The position numbers were made by a program, and so were the translations under genes. From the NCBI GenBank assembly GCA_964291395.2, contig OZ219858.1, forward strand, positions 352,001-416,000: a stretch of DNA of 64,000 nucleotides, written 5' to 3'. This document shows, piece after piece, positions 49,227-58,539 of the stretch. The notes beneath the pieces are model-generated. The model was given only the letters and a program-made list of their open reading frames with translations. It had not been told where the DNA came from and searched no databases. Position 1 is the stretch's first letter, and each line of letters starts with the position of its first letter. Source of the stretch: Alphaproteobacteria bacterium (GTDB lineage Bacteria; Pseudomonadota; Alphaproteobacteria; UBA2966).

Positions 49227-50636
49227 ATGAACGTCCCAGTCACCGAACTCACCCTCGCGACGGCCGGCGCCGCGTTGCGCCGGGGCGACTTCACGTCCAG
49301 ATCGCTCACGGAGGCGATGCTCGAGCGCATCGCCGAGCTCCAACCGAAACTCAACTGTTACATCAGCGTTGAGCCCGACCGCGCCCTGGAGATGGCGGAA
49401 GGCGCCGACAGAGAGATGGCATCGGGGCGTTGGCGGGGGCCACTGCACGGGGTACCGCTGGCCCACAAGGACGCCTTCGACCGGAAGGGGCGAGTCACGT
49501 CGGTCGGGACCAGCATGTTCGTCGAGCCTGCCGCGGTCACGGCGACCGCCGTCCGGCGCCTCGACGAAGCGGGTGCGGTCAACCTCGGCGCACTTCACAT
49601 GGATGAGCTCGCGGCCCACGGATACGGTCAGAACCGACATTTCGGCCCATGCATGAACCCCTGGCACGCCGAGTACGCCATCGGCGGCTCTTCCGGGGGC
49701 TCGGGCGTCGCGGTGGTGTCCCGCACGGCGCTCGGCGCCTTGGGTGGCGACACCGGCGGTTCCGTCCGGATTCCGGCGGCGATGTGCGGCGTCACGGGCC
49801 TCAAACCCACCTTGGGACGCATCAGCCTCCATGGCGCGGCGCGGCGGAGCTGGTCGGCGGACCATCCCGGGCCCCTTGCCCAAACGGCGGAGGACTGCGC
49901 CCTCATGCTGAAGGCCGTTGCCGGACGGGATGCGGCAGACTCCATCACACGCGACGTCCCCGTCCCGGACTACGCCACCGATCTGCCCGCCGATTTGAAG
50001 GGCGTGAGGATCGGCATCGGGATCGGAGCGCCCTTCGACGGTGTCCACGCGGACGTCGCCCGGCTGCACGCCGATGCGGCCGCTGTCCTTCGCGATCTCG
50101 GCGCCGAGACCGTCGAGCTGGAGACGCCGATTGCCGTCCTCGCCAACGACCTCCAGCAGACCCTGATCAAGCCGGAAATCTCCATGATGATGAGCACCCT
50201 GCTGAATCGGGGCTTCACCGACATTTCACGGGAGGTCCTCGGCACCCAGGACGAGGGCTACCTGGTTCCCGCGACGCGCTATCTCGAGGCCAAGGCCTTG
50301 CGCGCGCCGTTGCTGGAAGAGCACGTCCGGGACGTATTCGGGAAGGTCGACGTATTGTTCACACCGGCGCTCGGCGGGCCGGTGCCGACGGTGGAGGAGA
50401 TGGCAACTCCCGACGTGGCGGCAATCAGCGCCCGCTATCGGGCCGATCTCCGCGTGATCCGCTTCGCAAACTATCTGGGCACGCCAGCTCTGTCCGTGCC
50501 CTGTGGATTTACACGGGACGGCCTGCCCAACGGCTTCCAGCTTCATGGACCGCCGTTCGGCGAGAAACGCCTCATCGACGCGGCCCACGCCTACCAGCAG
50601 GCCACCGACTGGCACGCCCGCCTCCCGCCACTGTGA
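49227..50636 (+). CDS. Amidase signature family enzyme
   Basis: LHGVPLAHKD, GGSSGGSG, GDTGGSVRIPA, GLKPT (Lys-cisSer-Ser triad). Confidence 0.93.
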   Translation: MNVPVTELTLATAGAALRRGDFTSRSLTEAMLERIAELQPKLNCYISVEPDRALEMAEGADREMASGRWRGPLHGVPLAHKDAFDRKGRVTSVGTSMFVEPAAVTATAVRRLDEAGAVNLGALHMDELAAHGYGQNRHFGPCMNPWHAEYAIGGSSGGSGVAVVSRTALGALGGDTGGSVRIPAAMCGVTGLKPTLGRISLHGAARRSWSADHPGPLAQTAEDCALMLKAVAGRDAADSITRDVPVPDYATDLPADLKGVRIGIGIGAPFDGVHADVARLHADAAAVLRDLGAETVELETPIAVLANDLQQTLIKPEISMMMSTLLNRGFTDISREVLGTQDEGYLVPATRYLEAKALRAPLLEEHVRDVFGKVDVLFTPALGGPVPTVEEMATPDVAAISARYRADLRVIRFANYLGTPALSVPCGFTRDGLPNGFQLHGPPFGEKRLIDAAHAYQQATDWHARLPPL

Positions 50637-50704
50637 CCGTCTCGGCGGCTGGCCGTCGGCCACGGGGTTCACCGAGACCGCCAGGGGATCGCGCGACCCG
50701 TGTT

Positions 50705-50751
50705 CGCGGTCTCACGGTGGTCCCGGCGATCCCGTCGGTTCAAACGCGATC
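50705..50751. repeat. Left arm of a 47-bp imperfect inverted repeat (also part of a local palindrome ~50672-50726)
   Basis: Its reverse complement matches 52594-52640 at 37/47 positions without gaps. Confidence 0.7.
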
Positions 50752-50770
50752 GTGCAAAAGGATGGATTGG

Positions 50771-52531
50771 CTACGACCGAGCGAGAGCGGGTTCACGCCC
50801 GGATTCGCGGAGGTCGGCGCGGCGGCGTTCCGTCGCCGCCTCGTCGAGGGACCGGCCGTCCCCGTCGATCACCACACCATAGACGTCGTGCGCCGCGCCG
50901 CGGCTCACCAAGCCGTCCCGCACATCGCGCAGGACGCGTCCGCGCTCTCGCTCGAGAGGATCACCCCAACCACCACCCGCCGGTGACGACGCGGTGATGC
51001 GGAACGATTCGACGTCCATGGCGCCGTATTGAGGCGGCTCGAAGGCATTCCCGCCCTCGGGATACATCATCATCTCGCCCTTGGCTCCGTCGCCACCGCC
51101 GAGGACGCCGTAGCCCGACGGACTCGCAAGTCCCTCGCCGCGAAACGAATGCTGGGACGCCCCCACGACCTCGGCCTCGTAATGTACGCCGGTGCCGCCG
51201 CGAAAGGCGCCGGATCCTGCCGCATCGCAGCGAAACTCGACCTTGCGGATGGTCATCGGGTGAACCTGCTCGAACCCTTCCACGTTGGGCAACGTGAGTC
51301 CGCCGAGGGAGATCAGATGCCCGATCTGGTTGAAGCCGTCGCGGCCCCGCACCGCGCCGGCGCCGGCCATGGCGTTCCAGTGGTAGATGACGAACGGACG
51401 GTCGGTCCCGATCCCGCCCGCCGTACCTCCGTGGATGTTTTTGGCCCAGCCGGCCGAGGCACGTGACGGGTCGGCCTCGGCCAACGCTTTCCACACCGCG
51501 TGGATGATCTCGTGACCGACCGAGACGGTGCACATGGTCATCGGCGCGGGCGGGCGGGCATTGATGATGGTGCCCTCCGGCGCGACGATCTCGATCGCCC
51601 GGTAAGTGCCCTCGTTGCGCGGGATATCCGGGTCGAAGAAGGTGGTGAAGGCGAGATAGACGGCGGAATGGGTATTGGCGATGGAGCTGTTCTTGAAGCC
51701 CTTGATCTGCGGGTCCGTCCCCGCGAAATCGACGGTCACGCTGTCGCCGGCAACGGTCACCGTCACGCGAATGGCGATATCGACGGATCGGAAGCAGTCG
51801 TTGTCGGTGATTTCCAGGCCCTCGTAGCGCCCGTCGGGCAAGGTACGCAGGGCGGCGCGGAAGCGCCGGTCGGCGTGATCGAGAATACCCTCCAGGCAGG
51901 AGAAGGTGCGATCGACGCCGAGTTCCCGGGCGAGGGCCGCCACGCTTTCCGCACCGATGCGGGTCGAGCCCACCATCGCCCGCAGGTCTCCGTCCTGCAG
52001 TCGCGGCGTCCGGGAATTGATCAGCAGCAGTTGCCAGATGTCTTCGCAGATCCTGCCCTTCTCCACGATGCGGATCGGGGGCAAGCGGATCCCTTCGTGA
52101 AAGATCTCCGTGGCCTCGGGGTTGACCGTCCCCGCGGCGCCACCACCGATATCCGACTGATGCCCCCGGTTGCAGGCGAACGCGACCAGATGGCCGTCGG
52201 CGAACGCCGGCTGGGTAACCACCCAATCGGGCAAATGATTTCCACCCGCGACATAGGGGTCGTTGGACAGGAAGACGTCGCCTTCGTGGATGTCATCCCC
52301 GAACGCATCGAGCAGCGCGCGAACGGTAAATCCGCCGTTTCCGCTCTGGATCGGAACCCCGTCCGCCTGGCTGACGAGCGTCCCGCGAGCATCGGTGATG
52401 AAATTCGAGAAATCGTGGTACTGGCTGAAGATCGGACTGTGAGCCGTGCGCAACATGACCTGACCCATGCGCCGCGAAATATCGTCGAGGCGGTTCTGGG
52501 TCAGCGCAAGAACGATGGGGTCGATGTTCAC
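50771..52531 (-). CDS. Hydantoinase B/oxoprolinase family subunit (copy 3, no adjacent A subunit)
   Basis: SPIFSQYHDF, NDPYVAGGNHLPD, HQSDIGG, FHEGIRLPP, GSGAFRGG, GGGWGDPLER. Confidence 0.93.
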   Translation of the reverse strand: MNIDPIVLALTQNRLDDISRRMGQVMLRTAHSPIFSQYHDFSNFITDARGTLVSQADGVPIQSGNGGFTVRALLDAFGDDIHEGDVFLSNDPYVAGGNHLPDWVVTQPAFADGHLVAFACNRGHQSDIGGGAAGTVNPEATEIFHEGIRLPPIRIVEKGRICEDIWQLLLINSRTPRLQDGDLRAMVGSTRIGAESVAALARELGVDRTFSCLEGILDHADRRFRAALRTLPDGRYEGLEITDNDCFRSVDIAIRVTVTVAGDSVTVDFAGTDPQIKGFKNSSIANTHSAVYLAFTTFFDPDIPRNEGTYRAIEIVAPEGTIINARPPAPMTMCTVSVGHEIIHAVWKALAEADPSRASAGWAKNIHGGTAGGIGTDRPFVIYHWNAMAGAGAVRGRDGFNQIGHLISLGGLTLPNVEGFEQVHPMTIRKVEFRCDAAGSGAFRGGTGVHYEAEVVGASQHSFRGEGLASPSGYGVLGGGDGAKGEMMMYPEGGNAFEPPQYGAMDVESFRITASSPAGGGWGDPLERERGRVLRDVRDGLVSRGAAHDVYGVVIDGDGRSLDEAATERRRADLRESGREPALARS

Positions 52532-52593
52532 AACGGCCTTCCTCCCGGTAGAAGGCTAACCGCGTTTCGGCCCAAGGCCAAACGTGTGTCCCG

Positions 52594-52640
52594 GATTCCG
52601 TTTGAACCGCCGAGGTCTCCGAGACCACCGAGGGACCTCG
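52594..52640. repeat. Right arm of the 47-bp imperfect inverted repeat
   Basis: GATTCCGTTTGAACCGCCGAGGTCTCCGAGACCACCGAGGGACCTCG versus reverse-complemented left arm GATCGCGTTTGAACCGACGGGATCGCCGGGACCACCGTGAGACCGCG. Confidence 0.7.
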
Positions 52641-52761
52641 CCGGCGGCCAGATGTATTCATGACCATGCATCGGCAGCCGACGCGGCACCCGTTGGTGGA
52701 TGGATCCTGCGGGCATTGGTGTGCCTGACTCCGTTGAGGCGGCGTGATAGCGTCTGAAGCC

Positions 52762-54012
52762 ATGAAGAACCTCTCGGTCGACGCGGACCGCCTGTGGTCG
52801 ACCCTCATGGAGATGGGCAAGATCGGCGGGACCCCGGCAGGCGGGTCCCGACGCCTCGCGCTGAGCCGGGAGGACGGCGAGGCGCGCGACCTCTTCGTGC
52901 GCTGGGCGGAGGATACGGGCTGCACCATCACCGTCGATCGTGTCGGCAACATCTTCGCGCGGCGCGCGGGCGCGGATGACTCCCAACCGCCGGTCTGCAT
53001 CGGAAGCCATCTCGACACGGTTCCGACGGGCGGCAAGTTCGACGGAGTCTTCGGCGTGATTGCCGGACTCGAGGTGCTGCGCACGCTCGATGACGCCGAG
53101 GTGCGGACCCGAGCGCCGTTGGAGGTCATCGTCTGGACCAACGAGGAAGGCGCGCGCTATTCACCCGTGACGCTGGGCTCGCTCGCCTTCATCGGCGCGC
53201 ACTCGGTGGACTACGCGCTCGGTCGCATGGATGCCGACGGCATCAGCGTCCGGGAGGCGTTGGCGGAGATCGGCTACGACGGTTCGGCGGAGGTGGGCAA
53301 TCGGCCAATCGGCGCCTATTTCGAAGCCCACAACGAACAGGGACCGCTGCTCGAGGAAAGCGGCGAGGTGATCGGCGTCGTCACGGGGTCCTACGCCTCG
53401 CGCTATTTCGTGATCACGGTGAAGGGCATGGCCGCTCACGTCGGCCCGACTCCGATGGCACGGCGCAAGGACGCCATGGTCGGCGCCGCCAGGGCGATCC
53501 TCGAAGTCAACCGTGTCGGCAACGCCTACGGACCTGACGGCCGTTCCAACGCACCGCACATCGAGGTCTACCCCAACGTCCGCGGCGTCATCCCCGACGA
53601 GGTCCGGGTGAGTTGCGATCTGCGGCATCGCGAGCACACCACCATCGACGAGATGGAAAAGGACCTGCGAAGCGCCCTGGTTCGGCTCGGCGAAAAGCTC
53701 GACATGGATTTCGAGCTCGAACCCTATTTCGCCTGGGGACCCATGAGCTTCGATCCCGAACTCGCGGAACTGCTGCGCAACACCGCCGACGAGCTCGGCT
53801 ACGGCCGTCAGGATTTGCAGATCATCGCCGGACACGATGCCGTGCCGATGACCGAAGTGACGCAGTCGGGTCTGATCCTGATCCCGAGCCGGGACGGATT
53901 GAGCCACAACGAAACCGAGTACAGCGCTCCCGAGCACGTGGCCGCGGGCGCCAACGTGCTGCTGCACGCCGCACTGGCCAAGGCGGGAGTCGTGGCCGAC
54001 GGGGACACCTAG
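52762..54012 (+). CDS. M20 Zn-dependent hydrolase, N-carbamoyl-amino acid amidohydrolase/beta-ureidopropionase-like
   Basis: GSHLDTVPTGGKFDG, NEEGARY, EAHNEQG, AGHDA, GLSHN..E. Confidence 0.92.
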   Translation: MKNLSVDADRLWSTLMEMGKIGGTPAGGSRRLALSREDGEARDLFVRWAEDTGCTITVDRVGNIFARRAGADDSQPPVCIGSHLDTVPTGGKFDGVFGVIAGLEVLRTLDDAEVRTRAPLEVIVWTNEEGARYSPVTLGSLAFIGAHSVDYALGRMDADGISVREALAEIGYDGSAEVGNRPIGAYFEAHNEQGPLLEESGEVIGVVTGSYASRYFVITVKGMAAHVGPTPMARRKDAMVGAARAILEVNRVGNAYGPDGRSNAPHIEVYPNVRGVIPDEVRVSCDLRHREHTTIDEMEKDLRSALVRLGEKLDMDFELEPYFAWGPMSFDPELAELLRNTADELGYGRQDLQIIAGHDAVPMTEVTQSGLILIPSRDGLSHNETEYSAPEHVAAGANVLLHAALAKAGVVADGDT

Positions 54013-54101
54013 CAAGGACGAAGAACGACGATCAAAAGGAATACCGGACACCCCTCTACCGCCCCGTCCGGGAGGGACGATCGGTGTTCCAGGAGGACGT
54101 G

Positions 54102-55481
54102 ATGACCAGCCAACCCAACTCCGCCAGCGCCCGGGACGTGGCGACGGTGCTTCACCCGTTCACCAACCTCAAGACCCATGAGGAGGAGGGCCCGTTCATC
54201 ATCGATCACGGCAGCGGCGTGCACGTCACCGACGAGAACGGCAAGACCTATATCGAGGGGATGTCCGGGCTGTGGTGCACGTCGCTCGGCTTCAGCGAAC
54301 GGCGCCTGATCGATGCCGCGGCGCGCCAGATGGCGGAACTGCCCTACAACCAGACGTTCCTCGGGCGGAGCCACGCGACGACGATCGATCTCGCCGAGCG
54401 CCTCCTCTCCTTGTCGCCGGTTCCCATGTCCAAGATCCTGTTCGCCAACTCCGGTTCCGAAGCCAACGACACCGCCGTCAAGCTGGTCTGGTACCACAAC
54501 AACGCCAACGGGCGGCCCGAGAAACGCAAGATCATCGGGCGGCGGAACGGCTATCACGGAACGACGATCGCCACCACGAGCCTCAATGGCATCCCGGATC
54601 TGCACCGCGATTTCAATCTGCCGATTGCCGATATCCTGCATACCGACTGTCCGCACCACTATCGCTTTGCGGAACCCGGCGAGAACCAAGAGGAGTTCGC
54701 CGCCCGACTCGCGGCCAACCTCGAAAAACTGATCCTCGACGAACGTCCGGAGACCGTGGCCGCCTTCATCGCCGAGCCGGTGATGGGGGTCGGCGGCGTC
54801 ATCGTGCCGCCGGAGACCTATTTCGAGAAGGTGCAGGCGGTGCTGCGCAAGTACGACGTGCTGTTCATCGCCGATGAGATCATCTGCGGCTTCGGGCGGA
54901 CGGGGAACATGTTCGGCAGTGAAACCTTCGATCTCCGGCCCGACCTCATGTGTTGCGCCAAGGCGCTGTCGTCGGCCTACCTGCCGATCTCGGCGACCTT
55001 CATCCCCGAGCCCATCTACCGGTCCATGGTGGCCGAGAGCGAGAAGATCGGCGTGTTCGGCCACGGATTCACCTACTCCGGCCATCCGGTGGCGGCGGCC
55101 GTGGCTCTCGAGACGCTCGACATCTATGAAGAGCGCGACATCGTCGGCCACGTGCAGGCCATCGCTCCACGCTTCCAGGAGATATTCCTGTCGCTCGCCG
55201 ACCGGCCGCTGGTCGGGGAGGCCCGCGGCGTGGGGCTGATGGCCGGCATCGAATTGGTCGCCGACAAGGCCGACAAGCGGCCCTTCGACCCGGCGCTCAA
55301 GGTGGGCACCTACCTGATGTCGCGGGCCCGTGAGCACGGGCTGATCGTGCGGGCGCTCGGCGACACCGTGGTCTGCGCCCCGCCGTTGATCATCACGAAG
55401 GACGAGATCGACGAGCTCGGCGCGCGCTTCCACCGTGCGCTGGCGGACACGGAAGCACGGTTTCTCGAGGAGGCGGCGTAG
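54102..55481 (+). CDS. Class III (omega) aminotransferase
   Basis: LHPFT, SGLWC, SGSEAND, GYHG, IAEPVMG, DEIICGFGRTG, AKALSS, HGFTYSGHP; AGGAGG RBS. Confidence 0.94.
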   Translation: MTSQPNSASARDVATVLHPFTNLKTHEEEGPFIIDHGSGVHVTDENGKTYIEGMSGLWCTSLGFSERRLIDAAARQMAELPYNQTFLGRSHATTIDLAERLLSLSPVPMSKILFANSGSEANDTAVKLVWYHNNANGRPEKRKIIGRRNGYHGTTIATTSLNGIPDLHRDFNLPIADILHTDCPHHYRFAEPGENQEEFAARLAANLEKLILDERPETVAAFIAEPVMGVGGVIVPPETYFEKVQAVLRKYDVLFIADEIICGFGRTGNMFGSETFDLRPDLMCCAKALSSAYLPISATFIPEPIYRSMVAESEKIGVFGHGFTYSGHPVAAAVALETLDIYEERDIVGHVQAIAPRFQEIFLSLADRPLVGEARGVGLMAGIELVADKADKRPFDPALKVGTYLMSRAREHGLIVRALGDTVVCAPPLIITKDEIDELGARFHRALADTEARFLEEAA

Positions 55482-55565
55482 GGAACGAACGACGAAAGCC
55501 AGCCGACTCGATGACGGTCGCCAAGGGAAACACCGACCAACAAGGAGGTGGCCGCTGAAAGGTAG

Positions 55566-55651
55566 CGCAAGGAACGACGGGAGTGACGGCAGACAGGCCG
55601 GATACGAAACTGCAATCTGCCTGCCCCGTCACGCCAACGCCGCTCCTTGCG
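55566..55651. other. Long imperfect intergenic hairpin (~86 nt)
   Basis: CGCAAGGAACGACG..GTGACGG.CAGACAGG / TCTGCCTG..CCGTCAC..CGCCGCTCCTTGCG. Confidence 0.5.
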
Positions 55652-55679
55652 AGCCGGGAGGCGTCCATACAAATATTCG

Positions 55680-57083
55680 ATGACCGATGACCTCTCGATG
55701 ATGACGGCGGCCGAGCTGGTCTCCCGCTACCGCCGCAAGACGTTGTCGCCGGTCGAGGTGATCGAGGCGGTGCTCGGGCGGATCGACCGGTGCGACGGGG
55801 CCGTCAACGCCTTCTGCCATCTCGATCCCGACTCGGCCCTGGCGTCCGCGCGCGAATCGGAAGCGCGCTGGCAAGCGGGACGTCCGGTGGGCCTCGTCGA
55901 CGGTGTGCCGACGACGATCAAGGACGCGCTCCTGACCCGGGGCTGGCCGACCCGGCGCGGCTCACGCACCGGTTCTCCCGACGGCTCCTGGGACGAGGAC
56001 GGCGCAGCCACGGCGCGCCTGCGGGCCCACGGTGCCGTACTGATCGGCAAGACGACGACCCCGGAATTCGGTTGGAAGGGTGTCACCGACAGCCCGCTCA
56101 CCGGCATCACGCGAAACCCGTGGAACCTGGAACGGACGCCGGGCGGTTCCAGCGGTGGCGCCTCGGCAGCCTGCGCGGCCGGGATGGGAGCGCTGCACGT
56201 GGGCACCGACGGCGCCGGCTCCATCCGCATGCCCGCAGCCTTTGCCGGTATCTATGGCCTCAAGCCCACGTTCGGACGGGTGCCCATCCATCCGATGAAC
56301 ATGCCGGGCACGATCATCCATCACGGGCCGATGACGCGGACCGTGGGCGACGCGGCGCTGATGCTCAACGTGATCGGCGAGCCCGATCCCCGGGACTGGA
56401 CGGCCCTACCTCATGAGTCCCGTGACTGGCGGGTGGGGCTCGAAGATGGCGTCAAAGGCCTCCGCATCGCCTATTCGCGCGATTTCGGGTACGCGAACGT
56501 GGACTCCGAGATCGCCGGTCTCGTCGAGAAAGCGGCCCAGGTGTTCGCCGATCTCGGTGCCGTCGTCGACGAGGCCGACCCCGGGTTCGAGGACCCCCGG
56601 GAGGCCTTCGGCGTCTATTACTTCCTGCGCTTCCGGCCCCTCGTCGACACGATGAGCGACGAGCAGCGCGCACTGGTGGATCCGGGACTGCTGCGATCGG
56701 TAGAGGAATATCGGGACAAGGGCGTCGCCGATTCGTTGGCCGCCGATACGGTGCGCCTGAAGCTGGGGCGGCACATGAACCTGTTCCATCAGACCTACGA
56801 TCTGCTGATCTCGCCGCAGATGCCCCTCGCCGCCTTCGAGGCGGGGGCCGAAGTACCCGCCGGCCGCGGCATGAGGGATTGGATGGATTGGAGCCCGTTC
56901 ACCTATCCCTTCAACTTCACGCAGGCACCGGCGGCGAGCGTGCCCTGCGGCATCACCAGCGAGGGCCTACCGGCGGCGGTGCAGATCGCCGGGCCGCGGT
57001 ATCGGGAAGACCTGGTGCTGCGCGCGAGCCGCGCCTACGAGTCGGCCTGCCCGTTCGTCATGCCGGAACCGCCGGCGGCGTGA
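55680..57083 (+). CDS. Amidase signature family enzyme
   Basis: DGVPTTIKD, GKTTTPEFG, PGGSSGG, GTDGAGSIRMPA, TYPFN. Confidence 0.93.
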   Translation: MTDDLSMMTAAELVSRYRRKTLSPVEVIEAVLGRIDRCDGAVNAFCHLDPDSALASARESEARWQAGRPVGLVDGVPTTIKDALLTRGWPTRRGSRTGSPDGSWDEDGAATARLRAHGAVLIGKTTTPEFGWKGVTDSPLTGITRNPWNLERTPGGSSGGASAACAAGMGALHVGTDGAGSIRMPAAFAGIYGLKPTFGRVPIHPMNMPGTIIHHGPMTRTVGDAALMLNVIGEPDPRDWTALPHESRDWRVGLEDGVKGLRIAYSRDFGYANVDSEIAGLVEKAAQVFADLGAVVDEADPGFEDPREAFGVYYFLRFRPLVDTMSDEQRALVDPGLLRSVEEYRDKGVADSLAADTVRLKLGRHMNLFHQTYDLLISPQMPLAAFEAGAEVPAGRGMRDWMDWSPFTYPFNFTQAPAASVPCGITSEGLPAAVQIAGPRYREDLVLRASRAYESACPFVMPEPPAA

Positions 57084-57105
57084 ACGAGGGAAGCGGCGCG
57101 GCGGC

Positions 57106-57231
57106 TCAGCCGTGCCGGACCGAGGGTCCCGAGGTGGTCTCCTGGGTGGAGAAGCCAACATAGTCGAGGGCGATATCCGCGCCGACGGAGATCACGGCGA
57201 TGGCCAGAAATGCGACCAGCATGGCTTTCAT
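57106..57231 (-). CDS. Small (41 aa) single-TM protein ending the FDH operon
   Basis: MKAMLVAFLAIAVISVGADIALDYVGFSTQETTSGPSVRHG; ATGA overlap with the upstream gene's stop codon. Confidence 0.7.
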   Translation of the reverse strand: MKAMLVAFLAIAVISVGADIALDYVGFSTQETTSGPSVRHG

Positions 57232-58538
57232 CGATTGCCTCCCGATTCCGCCGTCGCGCGCCTCAGGAACGCGATCAGGTCCTCCCTGTCGGCGGCCTTG
57301 GTGATCCGCTGCATGGGCATCTTGGAGCCGGGAACGAAGTCGTCCGGACCGAGATCGAACAGCGCGTCGATGGTGCCGACGTCCCAGACGATATCGGAAT
57401 TCCGCAGCGTCGGCGAGTAGCTGTAGTCTGCCAGGCTTCCCGCCGGGCGCCCGAACAGCCGGAAGAGCGTGGGACCGGCGCGCCGGCGTCCGTCGGGATC
57501 CAGCGCGTGGCAGATCGAGCATTTGCGCTGGAACTGGCGCTCTCCGTTGCTCATCCCGGCCGGGTCCCTGAGGAACGAGAGTTCGCCCGCCGCCATGCGC
57601 TGGTGCTTGCCGAGGGACGCCACGGGCCAGCTGTACATGGCGTCGTCGAGGCTGCCGGCGTGGATGTTCCCCCCGTCCTTCGAGAACCGGAGCGCCCAGA
57701 CGGGGCCGCGCAGGGTCGCGCGAAAGTCCCCGGTGACCACCCACCTCGCGCTGTCGATGACCTTGATGAAGCCGTGGCCGTCGCCCACCGCCAGGGTCTT
57801 GAACCCGCGGTCGACCGCCATGGCGAGGATGGGGCTGCGCTCGCCGCTGAAGTCGGCGATGGTGTCTCCGCTGTCGAGACTCGCCACCCGGATCGTCCCG
57901 TCCACTCCGCCGTAGGCCAGCCATCCCGCGGCTTCGTTCAGGACGAGGGTGTTGATGCCGAACCCGCCCTTCACGAGAAGCCGCGTCCGCGCGCCGCTCG
58001 CCACGTCCCAGACCCGGATCGTGCCGTCCGCCGAAGCCGAGTAGAGCCGGGCGCCGTCGGCGGAGAACGCCACGTCGCTGACCCCGCCGGCATGGCCTTT
58101 CAGGAAGCGCGGTGGCGCGCCGCCGTCGAGGGACCAGAGACCGATCGTGCGGTCCCAGCTCGCCGACGCCACGGTGCGTCGGTCGGGCGGCAGCGCCAGG
58201 GCGATGATCTTGCCCTCGTGGCCGCCGAGACGCCGGCCCGTACCCGTGTTCAGATCCCAGAGGTAGATGTCGTGGTCGTCGCCCGCCGAGACCGCGCGCT
58301 CGGAATCGACGAAGCGGACGGCGTTGGCCGCCGCGCGGTGCGCCTCGAGCCAGACCGGGGTGCCGCCCTGCCAGAGCCCCACGGAATAATCGAAACTCGC
58401 CGTCAGGATGCGGCTGCCGTCCGGCGAGACATCGATGCCCTTTATCGGACCGCCGTGGCCCTTGAGCGTGAAGAAATCCCCCGCCGTGGCGAGGGAGGGG
58501 AGCAAAAGCAGGGCCGTCAGGAGCGCTCGGAACGCCAT
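57228..58538 (-). CDS. Exported WD40 beta-propeller fused to a C-terminal class I cytochrome c
   Basis: Signal peptide; GH...WD/W repeats (TASFDYSVGLW, SASWDRTIGLW, SADGTIRVWD); CSICH haem motif, GP.L, PGSKM. Confidence 0.9.
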   Translation of the reverse strand: MAFRALLTALLLLPSLATAGDFFTLKGHGGPIKGIDVSPDGSRILTASFDYSVGLWQGGTPVWLEAHRAAANAVRFVDSERAVSAGDDHDIYLWDLNTGTGRRLGGHEGKIIALALPPDRRTVASASWDRTIGLWSLDGGAPPRFLKGHAGGVSDVAFSADGARLYSASADGTIRVWDVASGARTRLLVKGGFGINTLVLNEAAGWLAYGGVDGTIRVASLDSGDTIADFSGERSPILAMAVDRGFKTLAVGDGHGFIKVIDSARWVVTGDFRATLRGPVWALRFSKDGGNIHAGSLDDAMYSWPVASLGKHQRMAAGELSFLRDPAGMSNGERQFQRKCSICHALDPDGRRRAGPTLFRLFGRPAGSLADYSYSPTLRNSDIVWDVGTIDALFDLGPDDFVPGSKMPMQRITKAADREDLIAFLRRATAESGGNR

Positions 58539-58539
58539 C

